From NCBI GenBank assembly GCA_047495785.1, contig JBLDXI010000009.1, forward strand, positions 5,022,001 to 5,086,000: a DNA stretch of 64,000 nt. Reading direction: 5' to 3'. Position 1 is the stretch's first letter. The number at the start of each line of letters is the position of its first letter. Shown piece after piece: positions 28,417 to 41,447 of this stretch. The notes beneath the pieces were generated by a model. It saw nothing but the letters and a program-made list of their open reading frames with translations, was not told the DNA's origin and searched no databases. The translations under genes and the position numbers were made by a program. This DNA is from Lepidodermella squamata. Lineage: Eukaryota > Animalia > Gastrotricha.

Positions 28417-29718
28417 TCTTTGGGTTTCATCAACACGATTTATAGGAAATATTGGATCCCTGATTATGTGTCATTTTACTTTGACAGGAATGCTGCTATC
28501 CACATTTTATTTATCGAGCGTGGATTCCCAGTAAAGACGATTACCTTTAAAATGAATGATTTCACGTTGATTATGTGAACTTTTGAACTTGCGATGATGA
28601 ATGATGAGTAGATAGCTGAATTGTTAATGCTGCTTTAGCATATTATTAGAAAAAACGCTCAAGCTTGACGAGGACGAAATTGCGAAAATGAGGTCCCTGC
28701 GTCACTTAAGAGATCCTTAACGTATCACACCTTTGCTTTTCTAGGATTCAGGAATCCGGATCCGATAGCTCCGAACAAAAGAAATCAAACAATAATCTAA
28801 CAATTTTGAATTGCTATAAGTCCCAAACCAAACCCCAGCGTCAGTGAGAAGTGGAGGGGCACTGGTATCTGGTATCGATGAAAAGCCATCACGGACAGCC
28901 CTTTTCACGGACAGGGTCCAGTAAATCGCAAATTCACACTTAGCTGCGTGATCACGCACCCTTCTTGCAGAATTAAACGCCAGATATCACAAGTTCTGCG
29001 CTTTGTAAGTCGCTCTAGATGCTTCTTTGGAAAACATTTCAGAGGATGAATAGCAGCCAATTCATGAGCTCGTAAGTAAGCTTACGAATGTTCGTGTTTC
29101 TTTCGTGTCTTAAATCACCGGATCAAACGTGCCTTCAGTAAAATTTATGTATTTTAAAATTATCCATTATGGCGTTGGCGTTATCTCGAGGCATGAGCTC
29201 GATATAGAAAACAGCTAATCTTCTAAAAGCCAGCCCGATGGAAAATTCATTATGAAATTTTGCTGGTCCGGTTAAATGAACAATTGGCCTTAATTTATGG
29301 CAATTATGCGGAGCAATCCAATTACCGACATTTTTTGCTGCACAGCGAGTGCGTCAATGTTTGCGTGAATTGCTGTTAATCATTGCATTTTTGTAACGCC
29401 CTGCCGATGACCCGCTTTGTCACATGTTTCGTACTTACTGTAGGGCCGGACGGCTACATGCTTTATAATGACAGAAACCGGTTGCTCGCTCAAAGCGACT
29501 GACCGCTAGGCTGTAAGCTGTAATGATCGGTTGCACTTTGGCCCAGAAAATCGGACTCACTAGTTTTGATTACATACTGACCAAATGGCCGATTGGCGAA
29601 CGACAGGGCAAGCAAATACACGAATAGTTAACGCTTAACGCACCAAAAAATAGCGGTGGTTAGCTTGCCCGGAAAAACCGACCTGTTCTCTACTACGAAG
29701 TTATTATTTTAGACAGTC

Positions 29719-32462
29719 ATGAAGTTAAAGATCGGATTTTTGCTCGCAATTATATGCGTTCATTCAGCTTCGTTTGAAAAGTTGAAGCTCTACTCGCCTC
29801 TGGCCAGTCGCTACCTGTCTCCGAAAATCGATGGAACTAGGCCTAATCGCACGAAATTGACGTTGAATGTTCAAATGAACTATGGTTTGAAGCTACTTAA
29901 ACTTGCCACTGACGCGCTTTAACGTCTCATTTGACGGGATGATTTTCCGGAGCACGAAACGTATTAATTCGTGCGCATAATAGTGGAACGTTAAAGCACG
30001 TCATGCAAAACCGAGATCAAGTGAGGTACCTAATTTTATCTACAGGCGGCTTCATTTTCCCCGCTGGTCCAATTTACTCTGAAGCTTCGCAAATCGCGCT
30101 GAATGTCATTGCATCAGCCGATATACTTCCTGATTTCGACTTGGCTATCGAAATATACGACGATGAGGTGAGTACGTTAGGTATTTGTCTTGAAAAATGC
30201 AATTCTCATGATGTTCACTCAAGTGCGATATCACAAAATACCCAAGGGGATTGTTCACGGAAATCGCCTCAGTCGACGAAAGCGATGTGCAAAACAAGGT
30301 GCCAGTTTATATTGGTGGAGGCTGTACGAATGGTTACTCAAATCTCGCTTACCACGTCAATATGACTGCGGTAACACAACGCTAATCAGTTTTTTTCTGG
30401 TGAAACCGCTCTTTTTCAGCTTTCAGCTGTAACGGGGGATGGCAAGTTTTTCTACCGCAAGTATGAGGGCGCGATGTTCTTCATGCCGTACCAAGATATA
30501 TTCTTCGAAGCGATTTTCCATTTCATCGCTGCAAATGGTTGGAAGTACGTATTCTATTCATCCGAGTCAAGCGAGTACTACCTGAAATTAGACCCGCTAG
30601 TTGCAGAGAAAGCTCGAAATAAAGGCGTTCAGGTCGAATTCGCCCCGAAATTCACATACCTATTTCTACGCAAATCTCTATTCATAAATATTGAGGATAT
30701 TACGCCTATTCTTCTCACGATGAAAGCTAAGGATGCTAGAATCATCATTTTTGACACTCCAATGATAGCAGCGGTTGCTTGCTACTTGCATAAAAATGGG
30801 ATGTTTGGGCCTGGATATGTTTTTCTAATGACAGCTATACCAGCTTTTCTACCGAACACGCCCGTCCGCTTCCTTGTCCCTGGTTGCTCCGAGCGAATGT
30901 TGTACGAAGTCCTGAAAAGCGTTATATTTTTCGGTCACGCCTCGGTATCAAATATCGAAGAAACCCGAATGGATTCTTTTGGGATGACCATTAAAAGATT
31001 CGATAGCCTAATGAGGGAAAGAATTGAAAATCCAGAGGCTTCGAATCTTTGGTGGTACTATCGAGCCATGTACTACGACATGGTCCTACTAACAGCGTTA
31101 ATGCTCAACAAAACAGAGACACAACTCAAGTCTCGAAACGATTCATTGATAAACTGGACGCTAGGTTCTAAGAATCTGCAAAATCGTGGCAAGGAAATCA
31201 ACACGCTGATGGTCGAAAATCTACGTGAGATGAAGTTCAAAGGTCTTTACGCTGAGATTACGAATTCCTCTGATTGGAATTCTTTAGCTGGAAAGACGGC
31301 TTTCTACCAAGTTCAGGATATCCCAGACGGCCCTCTGAATAACAGTCTAGGACTATCCGGTCTTCAGCGGAAAGCAGCAGTTGCAACTTTTGATTCCAGA
31401 GAATCTTCTCCCAAGTTGTTGCAAGGTCCGGAAAAACCCATCTGGAGAACTCCTGATGGACTGAGGCCTAAAGATAAGGTTGTAATACTCAATATCCCAG
31501 TGTCTTTGGTCCCAAATAGAGCCTCAATTCCTATTTCGTCTTTGGCAGCGATTTTCATAATTCTAAATTTGGCTTTTGTATGCCTGAACTTGGCAAGAAA
31601 AGGATCAACTCGTTTTCCCAGAGCAATATACCTGAATTCTCTGAGTGGGATAGGTAATGCAGCTATCATGACGTTTGTTCTGTTCGCTGTCAATGAGAAC
31701 CCTGGGCAAGCAGATATTCATTTGAGATACATGATTGGCTGGCCTTTGTTAACAGCGGGTATCGCTGCGATAATGACAAGCATTATAGCTAAGCTTCAAA
31801 TGGCAAGTTCCTTGACTGATAATTTTTACCCTGTTTCAAAAACTAATTCGAAACCCACATCGCTTCGGAGATTTGTGAGGGGATTCCCAAACACTACGCT
31901 TGTTCCTAAAAGATCCAAGCCTGGTAATTCTGTCGGCTCTAAAATGCCACTTCATATCGCTTTGATCTCAGCCGCAATTCCACTTTTCTACGCCATGATT
32001 TTCTTGATTTGGTTCCTAATCTACCCACTAGAGTCGCAGGCTCTTATCTCGGAGGCAAGAGTTGATCTGGTTGATGTCAGCGTGTTTTATCAGGATGTCA
32101 TAATTATTAGCTCGTTCGGAAATTCCAGTAATGCTGCCACGTGGTTCTTGGCTGCTATAATATCGACTTTCGGAATTATGTTTCTCAAAGCGATACATCT
32201 TGCTGTTCGACTGCGGAAGGTCCAGCTTCCAGATGACTCTGCGGATTTGGTTCAAGCGAGAACGTTGGCGCTTTGTCTAACAATACTTATCACTGCTGCT
32301 TTGGTAGTAGTTCAGGCTCTGTTCTCCGGAAGTCAGCGGTCCTTTATCGTGGCTACAAGCGCAATGGCCATTTTGGTTGTAGCTTTCAACTCTTCGGCCT
32401 TGATGTACACAAAAATTGGAGAATTAATGCAAGGGCGCAACGGAAATCGCATGAGCAGGTGA
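29719..32462 (+). CDS. Class C GPCR, GABA-B-receptor-like, copy 2; exons 29719-29884, 30046-30167, 30224-30370, 30420-32462
   Basis: Same exon structure and motifs as copy 1; uninterrupted frame. Confidence 0.85.
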
Positions 32463-33045
32463 AAGGAAATGATAGAATTCTACGGGCAAAATGTAACGAA
32501 CTTGATGTCTTGTTTGTAAAACGAACACTTTTGTCATCAATGTTTTCTACAACTTGGAATTTCTTCGCGTCAGAATCTCAAATCTGTTTCAATTTCTTTG
32601 TTGATGGTTAATACCATCTGTGTATTGTATTGCAGTATGTAAATCGAAATCAGCGAATAAAACCTGGTCATACGTCATACGACAGGCTGAACCTGACAAA
32701 GAACTAACATTCGCGTATAACCTTGATCGAGTCCGTCTGCACATTGAGACTGACTTTTAGTTCAGTTTTTTCGATCAGCAGGCTCTCCTGCAGGAGTGCA
32801 TCCCACCTGTTGCGACACTTGCGTAAAATCGTGAAGCAATTGTGCAAATGTTCGCACGGACCCACGACTAAATAAAAATAGACTGAACTCACTTCGTTTT
32901 GCCATCAACAAACACTCAATTAGCGAAATTCGTATCGACGCAAAAATGTTATGGGAAATCATGACATTGACCTCCTTTCCCAGCAGTATCAAAGCGAATG
33001 CGACTAAAAGCTATTTTGTGAGCTAGGTTTGCGATGTTTTTTTGG

Positions 33046-33130
33046 CTACAAGAGAAAGTGCCTTCGTGACGTGAAGATGATAAAGGATCGCTGATTTCCT
33101 GAGAACAGCGCCTGAGCTACAACTACAACC
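33046..33130 (-). pseudogene. Inverted relic fragment of the GPCR TM6-TM7 region
   Basis: Minus strand VVVAQALFSGNQRSFII matches copy 2 VVVQALFSGSQRSFIV. Confidence 0.7.
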
Positions 33131-33632
33131 AGATGATGGTAAAATTTTATGTTCCCAGGAATGGTAATTCTGGAAATTTTTCTCGATGGAATGGTGGAAT
33201 GGAAAATCGAGAAAAATCGAGTCCTTGGCGCTGAAATGTGACCGGAAATAACAGCCGGAATTCAGCATGAAATGATCATCATCCCGAGGTCGTGGTACCA
33301 TTCTAGTCCATTCTGGTACCATTCTAGTTTTGTCTCAAAGTCTATTGCTGGGTCGGTCACGGTAATTGAGTTGGTGGAATTGGTCGGTGTGGTTTTTTAT
33401 AAATAATACTAGTCAAGTGAAAATATCGCGTCCTGCCGAGCGCCATTAATGCTATCACATCGACCATCCAAGTAACTTTGACAAGCAAGCCTGTACTAAG
33501 ATGTACCTATGTTTTTCGTTCGAAGTTGTGACTCTCTTCCGCGCCACGAACGTTATGCAAAGAGTTACAAAATAATACTAATATGCAGTTCTTTCAGACT
33601 GCGTGGAACCATCGGCTAGAGATGCTAATTGG

Positions 33633-33821
33633 CTATATCGTTAGCGGCGCGCCAAAACAACCACTTAGATGACTCATTCGATCGTACTTAAAGTCGCCGA
33701 ACGTAATGATGAAGTACGATAGGCCATTTGAGCACTGATTTTTTTCTACTCTCGATCGTACTATCCATATGAAATCTATAAATAGTAAAGTGGTTGTTTT
33801 GGCGCGCCGCTAACGATATAG
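33633..33821. mobile_element. 189-bp MITE/foldback with perfect 34-bp terminal inverted repeats
   Basis: ctatatcgttagcggcgcgccaaaacaaccactt ... aagtggttgttttggcgcgccgctaacgatatag; TSD not resolved. Confidence 0.8.
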
Positions 33822-33988
33822 TGTTCTCCTTAATGATAACGATGTGATGCGGGGTTAATACATTTTCAAATTTATTTTTGGGTTTTTTCCGAACTTTTTC
33901 TAATGTCTGGTGTAAAATTAGCTTCGTTTACTGTCTCAGATCCTCGACTGCTCTCTGCTTGATAATTGCGAAATTATTTCCTCAAGAC

Positions 33989-36733
33989 ATGAAGATGAAT
34001 ACAGCTATTTTCTTGGCAATTTTCAGCCTGCATTTAGCTTGGTCTGAAAAATTAAATCTATACTCACCACTGGCCAGCCGGTTTTTGTCATCGACTAATG
34101 ATAAAGCACGAATACATCGTACCAAGTTGACGTTGAATGTTCAAATGAACTATGGTAGGAAAGCATATAGTATGCCGTTCTCAGTTGAACAGTACATTCT
34201 CTATGCAGGTGGCTACATTTTCCCAGCTGGTCCAATTTATTCCGAAGCTTCGCAAATCGCGCTAAATGTAATATCAACGGCCAACATTCTGCCCGATTAC
34301 GATCTTGTTATCGAAATATTTGACGATGAGGTGGGTTGACTACGAATTCTCATAATACAGCTTGACTCGTTGATTCTTCATTGAAGTGCGATGTCACAAA
34401 ATACCCGAAGGCATTCTTCACTGAATACACCTTAGTTGACGAGAAAAATGGCCCAAATAAAGTCCCAATCTACATTGCAGGAGGCTGTCCGAGTGCTTAC
34501 GCAAATTTTGGACATCACGTCAATATGACAGCAGTAAAACGAAATCTTCTTTCGTTGTTGTTAAAACTTTTAAAACTTTTTCAGCTTTCAGCCATCAGCG
34601 GCGATGGCAAGTTCTTCTATCGCCATTTTGAAGGCGTGATGTTCTTCATGCCGTATCAAGATATCTTTTTCGAAGCTGTGTTCCACTTCGTGGCTGCAAA
34701 TGGCTGGAACTACGTTTTCTACTCTTGTGAAGCAACCGAATACTATCTGAAATTAGACGCTTTAGTTGCCGAAAAAGCTCGCAATCAAGGTGTTCAAGTC
34801 GAATTCGCCCCGAAATTCACCTACTTCTCCGCCCAATTCGTGAATCTCGAAGATATTGCCCCGGTTCTTCTAGCTATGAAAGCTAAGGATGCTAGAATCA
34901 TCATTTTCAACACTCCAATTGTCGCTGCAGTTGCATGTCACTTGCACCAAGCAGGGATGTACGGTCCTGGTTATGTATTCCTCATGACAGCTATAACTGC
35001 TTTTCTACCCAATACTCTCATCCGCTACCTTGTGCCTGGTTGCTCAGAGCAAATGTAGTACGACGTCTTGAAGAGCGTTATATTTTTCGGCCACGCCTCG
35101 GTTTCAAATATCGAAGAAACCCGAATGGATTTTTTTGGAATGACCATTAAAAGATTCGATAGCCTAATGAGGGAAAGAATTGAAAATCCAGAGGCTTCGA
35201 ATCTCTGGTGGTATTATCGAGCCATGTACTATGACATGGTGTTACTAACAGCATTAATGCTCAACAAAACAGAGACTCAACTCAAGTCTCGAAATGACTC
35301 ATTGATAAACTGGACGCTGGGTTCTGAGAATCTGCAAAATCGTGGCAAGGAAATCAACAAGTTAATGGTCGAAAATCTACGTGAGATGAAATTCAAGGGC
35401 CTGTACGCTGAGATCACGAATTCCTCTGATTGGAATTCTCTCGCTGGAAAAACTGCTTTCTACCAAGTTCAGGATATCCCTGACGTACCTCTGAATAACA
35501 GCCTAGGACTATCTGGTCTTCAGAGGAAAGCAGCTGTCGCGACCTTTGATTCGAGGGAACCTTCTGCTTTTTTGCGCCAAGGTCCCGAAAAACCCATTTG
35601 GAAAACACCAGACGGACTGAGGCCCAAAGACAGGATTCTTACATTCAATATTTCAGTTCCTTTAGTCCCAAATAGAGCCTCAATTCCTATTATGACTTTT
35701 GCGGCGATTTTCATATTCCTGAATTTTGTTTATCTCAGCCTGAACTCCTCGAGAAAGGGATCAGCTCGCTTTCGAAACTCCTCAAACCTTAATTCCCTGA
35801 GTGGCATAGGTAATATACAGGGCGTTCGCGTAATAATACTCTGGGTGAGCTAAAAATAGCTACAAAAAAGCTAAAATGAATGCAAAAAGTAGCAAAGCTA
35901 TTTTTAGAAGAGTATTATTACGCGAACGCCCTGTAGCTATCATGACGTTTGTTCTATTCGCGGTGACTGAAAACCCTGGACAGGCAGATATTCATTTGAG
36001 ATACATGATTGGCTGGCCTTTGTTAACAGCTGGCATTGCTGCTATAATAACGAGTATTATCGCTAAGCTTCAAATTGCCAATGGCACGATTGATAATTCT
36101 CAACCTGTCTCAAGAGCGGCTTCAAAACCCGCATCGCTTCACAGGCCTGTGAGTGTGACCCGTAACTCTGGATTAGCTCCCCGTAGATCAAGGTCAGGTT
36201 TTGCCATCGACCCTAAAATTCGGCTGTGCAGCGTTTTGATCTCATCTGCAGTTTGTCTTGCTTATCCCATGGTATTCCTGATCTGGTTCCTCATGGAACC
36301 ACTGGAATCACATGCTTTATTCTCGAGAGCAAGCGTTGATTTAGTGGATATCAGCGTTTTTTATCAAGAAGTCACCGTGATTTGCTCCTTCGGAAGTTCC
36401 AATAATGTTGCTGCGTGGTTCTTGGCTGCTATAATATCGACTTTCGGAATAATGTTCCTTAAAGCGATACAGCTTGCAATCAGGCTGCGAAAGGTCCATC
36501 TTCGTGATCACTTTGCGGATTTGGGTCTGTCGAAAATGTTGGCTTTTTGCCTGACAATACTTATCACAGCTGGTTTTGTTGTAGTTCTGGCTCTATTCTC
36601 AGGGAATCCGCGATCCTGCATCATCGCTACAAGTGCTATGGCTATCTTGGTTGTAGCTTTCAACTCTGCAGTCTTGATTTATGCTAAAACTGAAGAAGTG
36701 GTGCAAAGACGGAAAGGAAATAATATCAGCTGA
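33989..36733 (+). pseudogene. Class C GPCR, GABA-B-receptor-like, copy 3, disrupted
   Basis: Paralogous to copy 2 but TAG at 35056-35058 where paralogs encode Leu (TTG/TTA), and a 116-bp MITE inserted in TM2 at 35818. Confidence 0.8.
35818..35933. mobile_element. 116-bp Tc1/mariner-type MITE with TA target-site duplication
   Basis: TA-cagggcgttcgcgtaataatactct ... agagtattattacgcgaacgccctg-TA; perfect 25-bp TIR; removing it restores GNIAIM, collinear with paralogs (GNAAIM, GNLAIM). Confidence 0.92.
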
Positions 36734-36943
36734 TGAGCGGAGATGAGTAAATCGAGTGCGAGCAAGTTAAAATTATTATTCATTTAGAAAATCCAATAAA
36801 TGACGGAAGACGGAAGATGAGAAAAACATTTTTTTCATGCGAATAATGACCACGGTCGCCGACCGCTCCGACCACTGCCACCACCATGACGCATTGAACA
36901 GCAAAAAAGTGGACTTTGACACTGCAAATCGAGACTAAGATTT

Positions 36944-37009
36944 AAGATCTAGCTAACAAAAAAGCTATGTTGAGTTTGTAATGTTCAGCTTTTTTGTTAG
37001 CTAGATCTT
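36944..37009. repeat. Hairpin/inverted repeat with 23-bp arms
   Basis: aagatctagctaacaaaaaagct ... agcttttttgttagctagatctt. Confidence 0.7.
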
Positions 37010-37171
37010 GAATACTTAATTATCTGCTAAGATCTTTGAGCCCAAATCTTTGCAAATCTGTGCAAGATCGTGCACGGATCTTTGATGGAACTTGGCAAGT
37101 TCTGCTAAGATCTTGCCAAGATTTGATCCCTAGGGCTATTTTAAAAGAGTATTATTACGCGAATAATTATT

Positions 37172-37335
37172 TGTTCCTCTTAGCGATGCATCTTGCAGTT
37201 AGACTGCGGAAGATCAATTTACGGATTTGGTTCAAGCGAAAATTTTGGCGATTTGTCTAAAGATGCTCATCAAAGTCCGTTCGGTTGTAGCTCTAAATCC
37301 TTGAGGAATCCGCGACCTTTACTCATGGGTACAAT
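37172..37335 (+). pseudogene. Relic fragment of GPCR TM5-TM7
   Basis: FLLAMHLAVRLRKI and (other frame) DLVQAKILAICL match copy 2 FLKAIHLAVRLRKV...DLVQARTLALCL; abuts a partial end of the 35818 MITE family (agagtattattacgcgaa at ~37146). Confidence 0.7.
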
Positions 37336-38087
37336 TTATCGGCCAACCGTGCATAAACCCACCATAAGTATGAAGCATACGTGATCGGAAGTTTGAAACG
37401 GGCATACAGAGAAGTTCAAAAGTGTTTCCAGATCAACCCCCACATTTTTTGTTTTGCCATTAACTCGGAATCACGCACGGAAATTCCTGTTTGAAGGAAT
37501 GGGGGCACTCAAAGGTCGTGTTTGGTTTCCAAGAGAAACGCCTTCAGTCAATCTGTAAAAGTTTAGGTAATGCTACTCCAACAGTCAAACCTAAATGCGT
37601 TTCCTATGGTTTTACGTCAATGCGCCAACACAATCGCCACGTACTCCTGAAATGTTGGACGGAATTTGAGTAGTTTCAGCACGTTAAAAGCCATCACAAC
37701 GCTCAGTCTGCATTCTGTGTATTCTAGGTCGTCTAAATCACTTAGAATTAAAAGTTGCATTGAATATTTGAAAAATGCAGACGTCATGAGTTCCAGCTAC
37801 AAAATCATAGCTAGCAGAATCCCCCATTGCAATTATTTAATGAGTTATCTATTGAGTAGTCGAGCGCGATGATTTTTGCCGAAACCCACAAATGTATTTA
37901 TTTTTCAAGCGCATTTTCTTCAGATTAAGCTCAAGCCAGGATTCCGTCTAAAAAAGAAACACCGCACGCGAGAATCGTGGGCCAGTCTCAAGGTCAATTA
38001 TAATTACTTCACAGACTTAACACAGGCTTGTAACGATCGTTAATATTCTTTGCTTGTTCTTAGAGCAGTCTACATTTCTGAAAATCT

Positions 38088-40713
38088 ATGTTTGGGTTAC
38101 GGACTCTATTCCAGATCATCTCAGTCGTCTTTCAGCTATCAGTTAATGCAGCTAAGGTGCCTCTAAATGCTCCACTAACAACCCGCTACATATCGGCTGG
38201 CAATTTTAATGACTCCAGTCGGCCTCAGCTAACCCTGAATGTACAGATGAACTACGGTAAGAGCGCTTATTTCTGCTCTTCATTATTAATTATTCATGTC
38301 GTAAAATAGGTGGAGTGATATTCCCAGCAGGGACGCTATACACAGAATCGGCACGAATCGGTCTCGAAATGGTAGAAAGGGCCGGCATTCTTCCGAATTT
38401 TCAGCTCGTTATAGAGGTATTCGATGACGAGGTAAGATGCCAGATGCCAACAATTCCCTTATCTGCAAATCTCACATTTTCCTTATCAGTGCGACTCGAG
38501 ATCCTACCCGAAAGCCTTTTTCAACGAAATTCTGGTTGTTGATGAGAAAAAGGGTCCAAACAAGTTGCCATTCTACTTGGGATCTGGCTGCACTAATTAT
38601 TTCGCGAACTTTGCAAACCAAGTCAACATGACAACGGTATTTCTCTCTACCTGCATGCGCCTATTTCACTTTTTTCTTTCAGTTAAGTGTCATCAGTGGC
38701 ATTGACAAGCATTTCTACGGCAGACATGAAGGCGTTATGGTCTTGATGCCTTTTCAAGACATCTTCTTCGAAGCAGTCCTAAAATTCGTTGCAGCGAATG
38801 GTTGGAACTACGTTTTCTACTCCTGTGAAGCCTCGGAATACTACCTGAAATCGGACACCATCCTCATACAGAAGGCGAAACAACTCGGGTTACAGATCGA
38901 ATTCGCGCCGAAATTCGCCTTGTTCCCTGGATGGTTCGCTAGTAATGTTGACGATATCCGGCAAGTGCTCGTCGAATTGAAGCAGAGAAAAGCTAGAATC
39001 ATCATATTCAACACTCGGCTTGTTCCTGTTGTTGCTTGTATCCTCCATCAGATCGGAATGTTTGGCCCGGGCTATGTTTTCCTGATGAATGCGATTGCTG
39101 CTTTCGACCCCAACTCCCCGATCCGTTTCCTCGTGCCGGGGTGTACGGAGCAAATGTTATACGAAGTTCTGAAGAATGTTATATACTTCGGCTATGCTGC
39201 AATATCGAATGTAGACGAGAATCGCACTGATGCGTTTGGCATGTCTATCAAGCAATTTGATCAAATTATGAAAGACCGCATCGATAGACCCGAAGCCTCT
39301 ACCCTGTGGTGGTACTATCGGGCCTCCTACTACGACATGGTATTGATGACAGCGATAATGCTCAATAGAACTGAGACTGCGCTGAATTCTCGCAATGACT
39401 CTTTGATAAACTGGACAATAGAGTCTGAGAACCTGCAGAATCGCGGTAAGGAAGTCAACAAAATCATTGTTGAAAATTTAAAGAAGCTGAAATTCCGTGG
39501 ATTGTATGCTGAAATGTTGAACGAAACTGACTGGAATTCTTTGGCCGGAACGACTGCTTTCTACCAGGTTCAAGATATTCCGAATATGACGCTCAACAAC
39601 ACTCGAGGGTTATCGGGCCTGCAACGAAGAGCTGCTGTAGCGACTTGTGATTCTCGAGAGCAAAATGGTCATTTGAAGTTGGGTCCTGAGAAAGTCATCT
39701 GGGGAACTTTAAGCGGGCTTCCTCCAAAGGACAAGATAGTTATCATCAACATCGCTGTTCCTCTAGTTCGACCAAAGGCATCCATCCCTCTAACAACAAT
39801 AGCCGCAGTTCTAACGCTTGTTAATTCGGTTTATATCGGACTGAATTTATCAAGAAAGCGCTGTTACGTTGATATCATTAGTGGATTTGGGAATCTAGCC
39901 ATCATGCTGTTCGTCTTCATTTTGGTCAATGAAATTCCTGGTAGAGTTGATATTCATATTCGTTACATGATAGCCTGGCCTCTACTCACAATCGGCGTAT
40001 TATCTGTAATTACAGGACTGATAACTAAACTTCAAATGTTTAAAGGTTCTGCTGAAAAATTGAGTCGAAGCAACTCAAAGCCTAATTCGATGACTAGTGG
40101 CGGATTCACCAGATTGAAACGTCCTCGTTCCAGGGCAATGTTTCAGGAGAACTCCACAGTTAGCACAATCGTTCTTAGGGGAAACGACGTATCCAACGCA
40201 AAAGTTACGAAGAGATATGCTATGATATACTCTGTGGGTGGAGTGATTCTACTCCTTCTCATATTCCTCATCTGGTTCTCCATCGAACCTTTCAGCCCTC
40301 GAAGCGTTTACTCTGAGCCTGAGGTTGATAAGATGGATATAAGCCTATTCTACCGTGAGGTCACTCTGATTTGCTACCTCGGAGGATCCGAATCGATTTC
40401 TACATGGTTTATTATAGCTATCCTTGGCATAATAGCTTTAATGCTCTTGAAGGCGTTACTTCTTGCCGTGAGTCTGCGTAAAGTTGTGTCTGCCGAGTTG
40501 GTTATGACGAAATCTATGACTTTCGGCCTAGCTATTCTGCTGCCTGCTGGTGTAGTGATAGTTTTGGCTCTTTTTGGCGGTCAGGTCCAGTCATTTGTGG
40601 TTGCTGCTAGCACGATAGCTGTCGCTATATCGTCACTCACTACAATGGGATTGCTCTATGGATATAAGGCGGCGGAGTACAATTCGGCTCAACCGCAAGT
40701 TTTAGGGGTTTGA
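38088..40713 (+). CDS. Class C GPCR, GABA-B-receptor-like, copy 4 (4 exons)
   Basis: Same intron positions (NYG|G, DDE|CD, MTT|LS) and motifs as copies 1-2; intact frame. Confidence 0.85.
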
Positions 40714-41447
40714 GCTCTAAACACCTGCTCTCATCGGCATAATGCTGTGTGTAATCTATGTCGTAAGCCAAACTCACTCGGGGCTTGAGATCAGGGAGAA
40801 ATTTCACTTCTCTTTGGTCAGACTGATCCCTTCATTCGCAATAATTAATGATGAAGTATGCGGCAAATTTCTTATCAAATTCTAACTTTTGAACCGAAGC
40901 TGATACTTCTTCTTTTACAAAATGAAGCTTGTGTTTCAGGAAAAAACCGCCTGATTTTGTTTCAGGCGTAGTTCAATAATGACATCAGAATGAGTGTGAA
41001 TTGTAAATCTATCACGGTCAAAAAAATTAAACGTCGAGAAGTCTATTTTGCGCATTTATGCTTGAATTTGCTCACCATTAACATCAATACACAAAAAGAC
41101 CCACTCTCGAAATTGGTCGATGGCTCGTCGTCTGGTGCCGAGGTATCAGTATTATTAACAACAAAAGTAGTTGTTAGTCTAGTAGTAGTTTATAAGAGCA
41201 TTTTATTAGGCCGCCTTCGCTAAAATTGTCACCAGTTCTGATGCGCGCAATTTTTCTGGATCGCACAATCATGAAATGTAACGTGGGCGAACTTCAAGTA
41301 GTTATGGGACAGTGAGTCATTCATCTACTATGATAATTTACTCTTTGCCGTCTTGAGCCGTTTTTTTATAAGATTTTCTGAACTCATTTTATTTGAAGAA
41401 GTCTTTCAGTCATTCTACATGTGCATGAAGATTATAACTATATCTTT

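Noticed and set aside
28741-29100. Minus-strand stretch with Cys/His-containing peptide fragments, a possible zinc-finger relic
   Set aside because: Frames are broken and no family motif could be established without a search
35056-35058. In-frame TAG as evidence of an alternative genetic code
   Set aside because: Single substitution relative to Leu codons in paralogs; TAG, TAA and TGA all serve as normal stops in neighbouring genes
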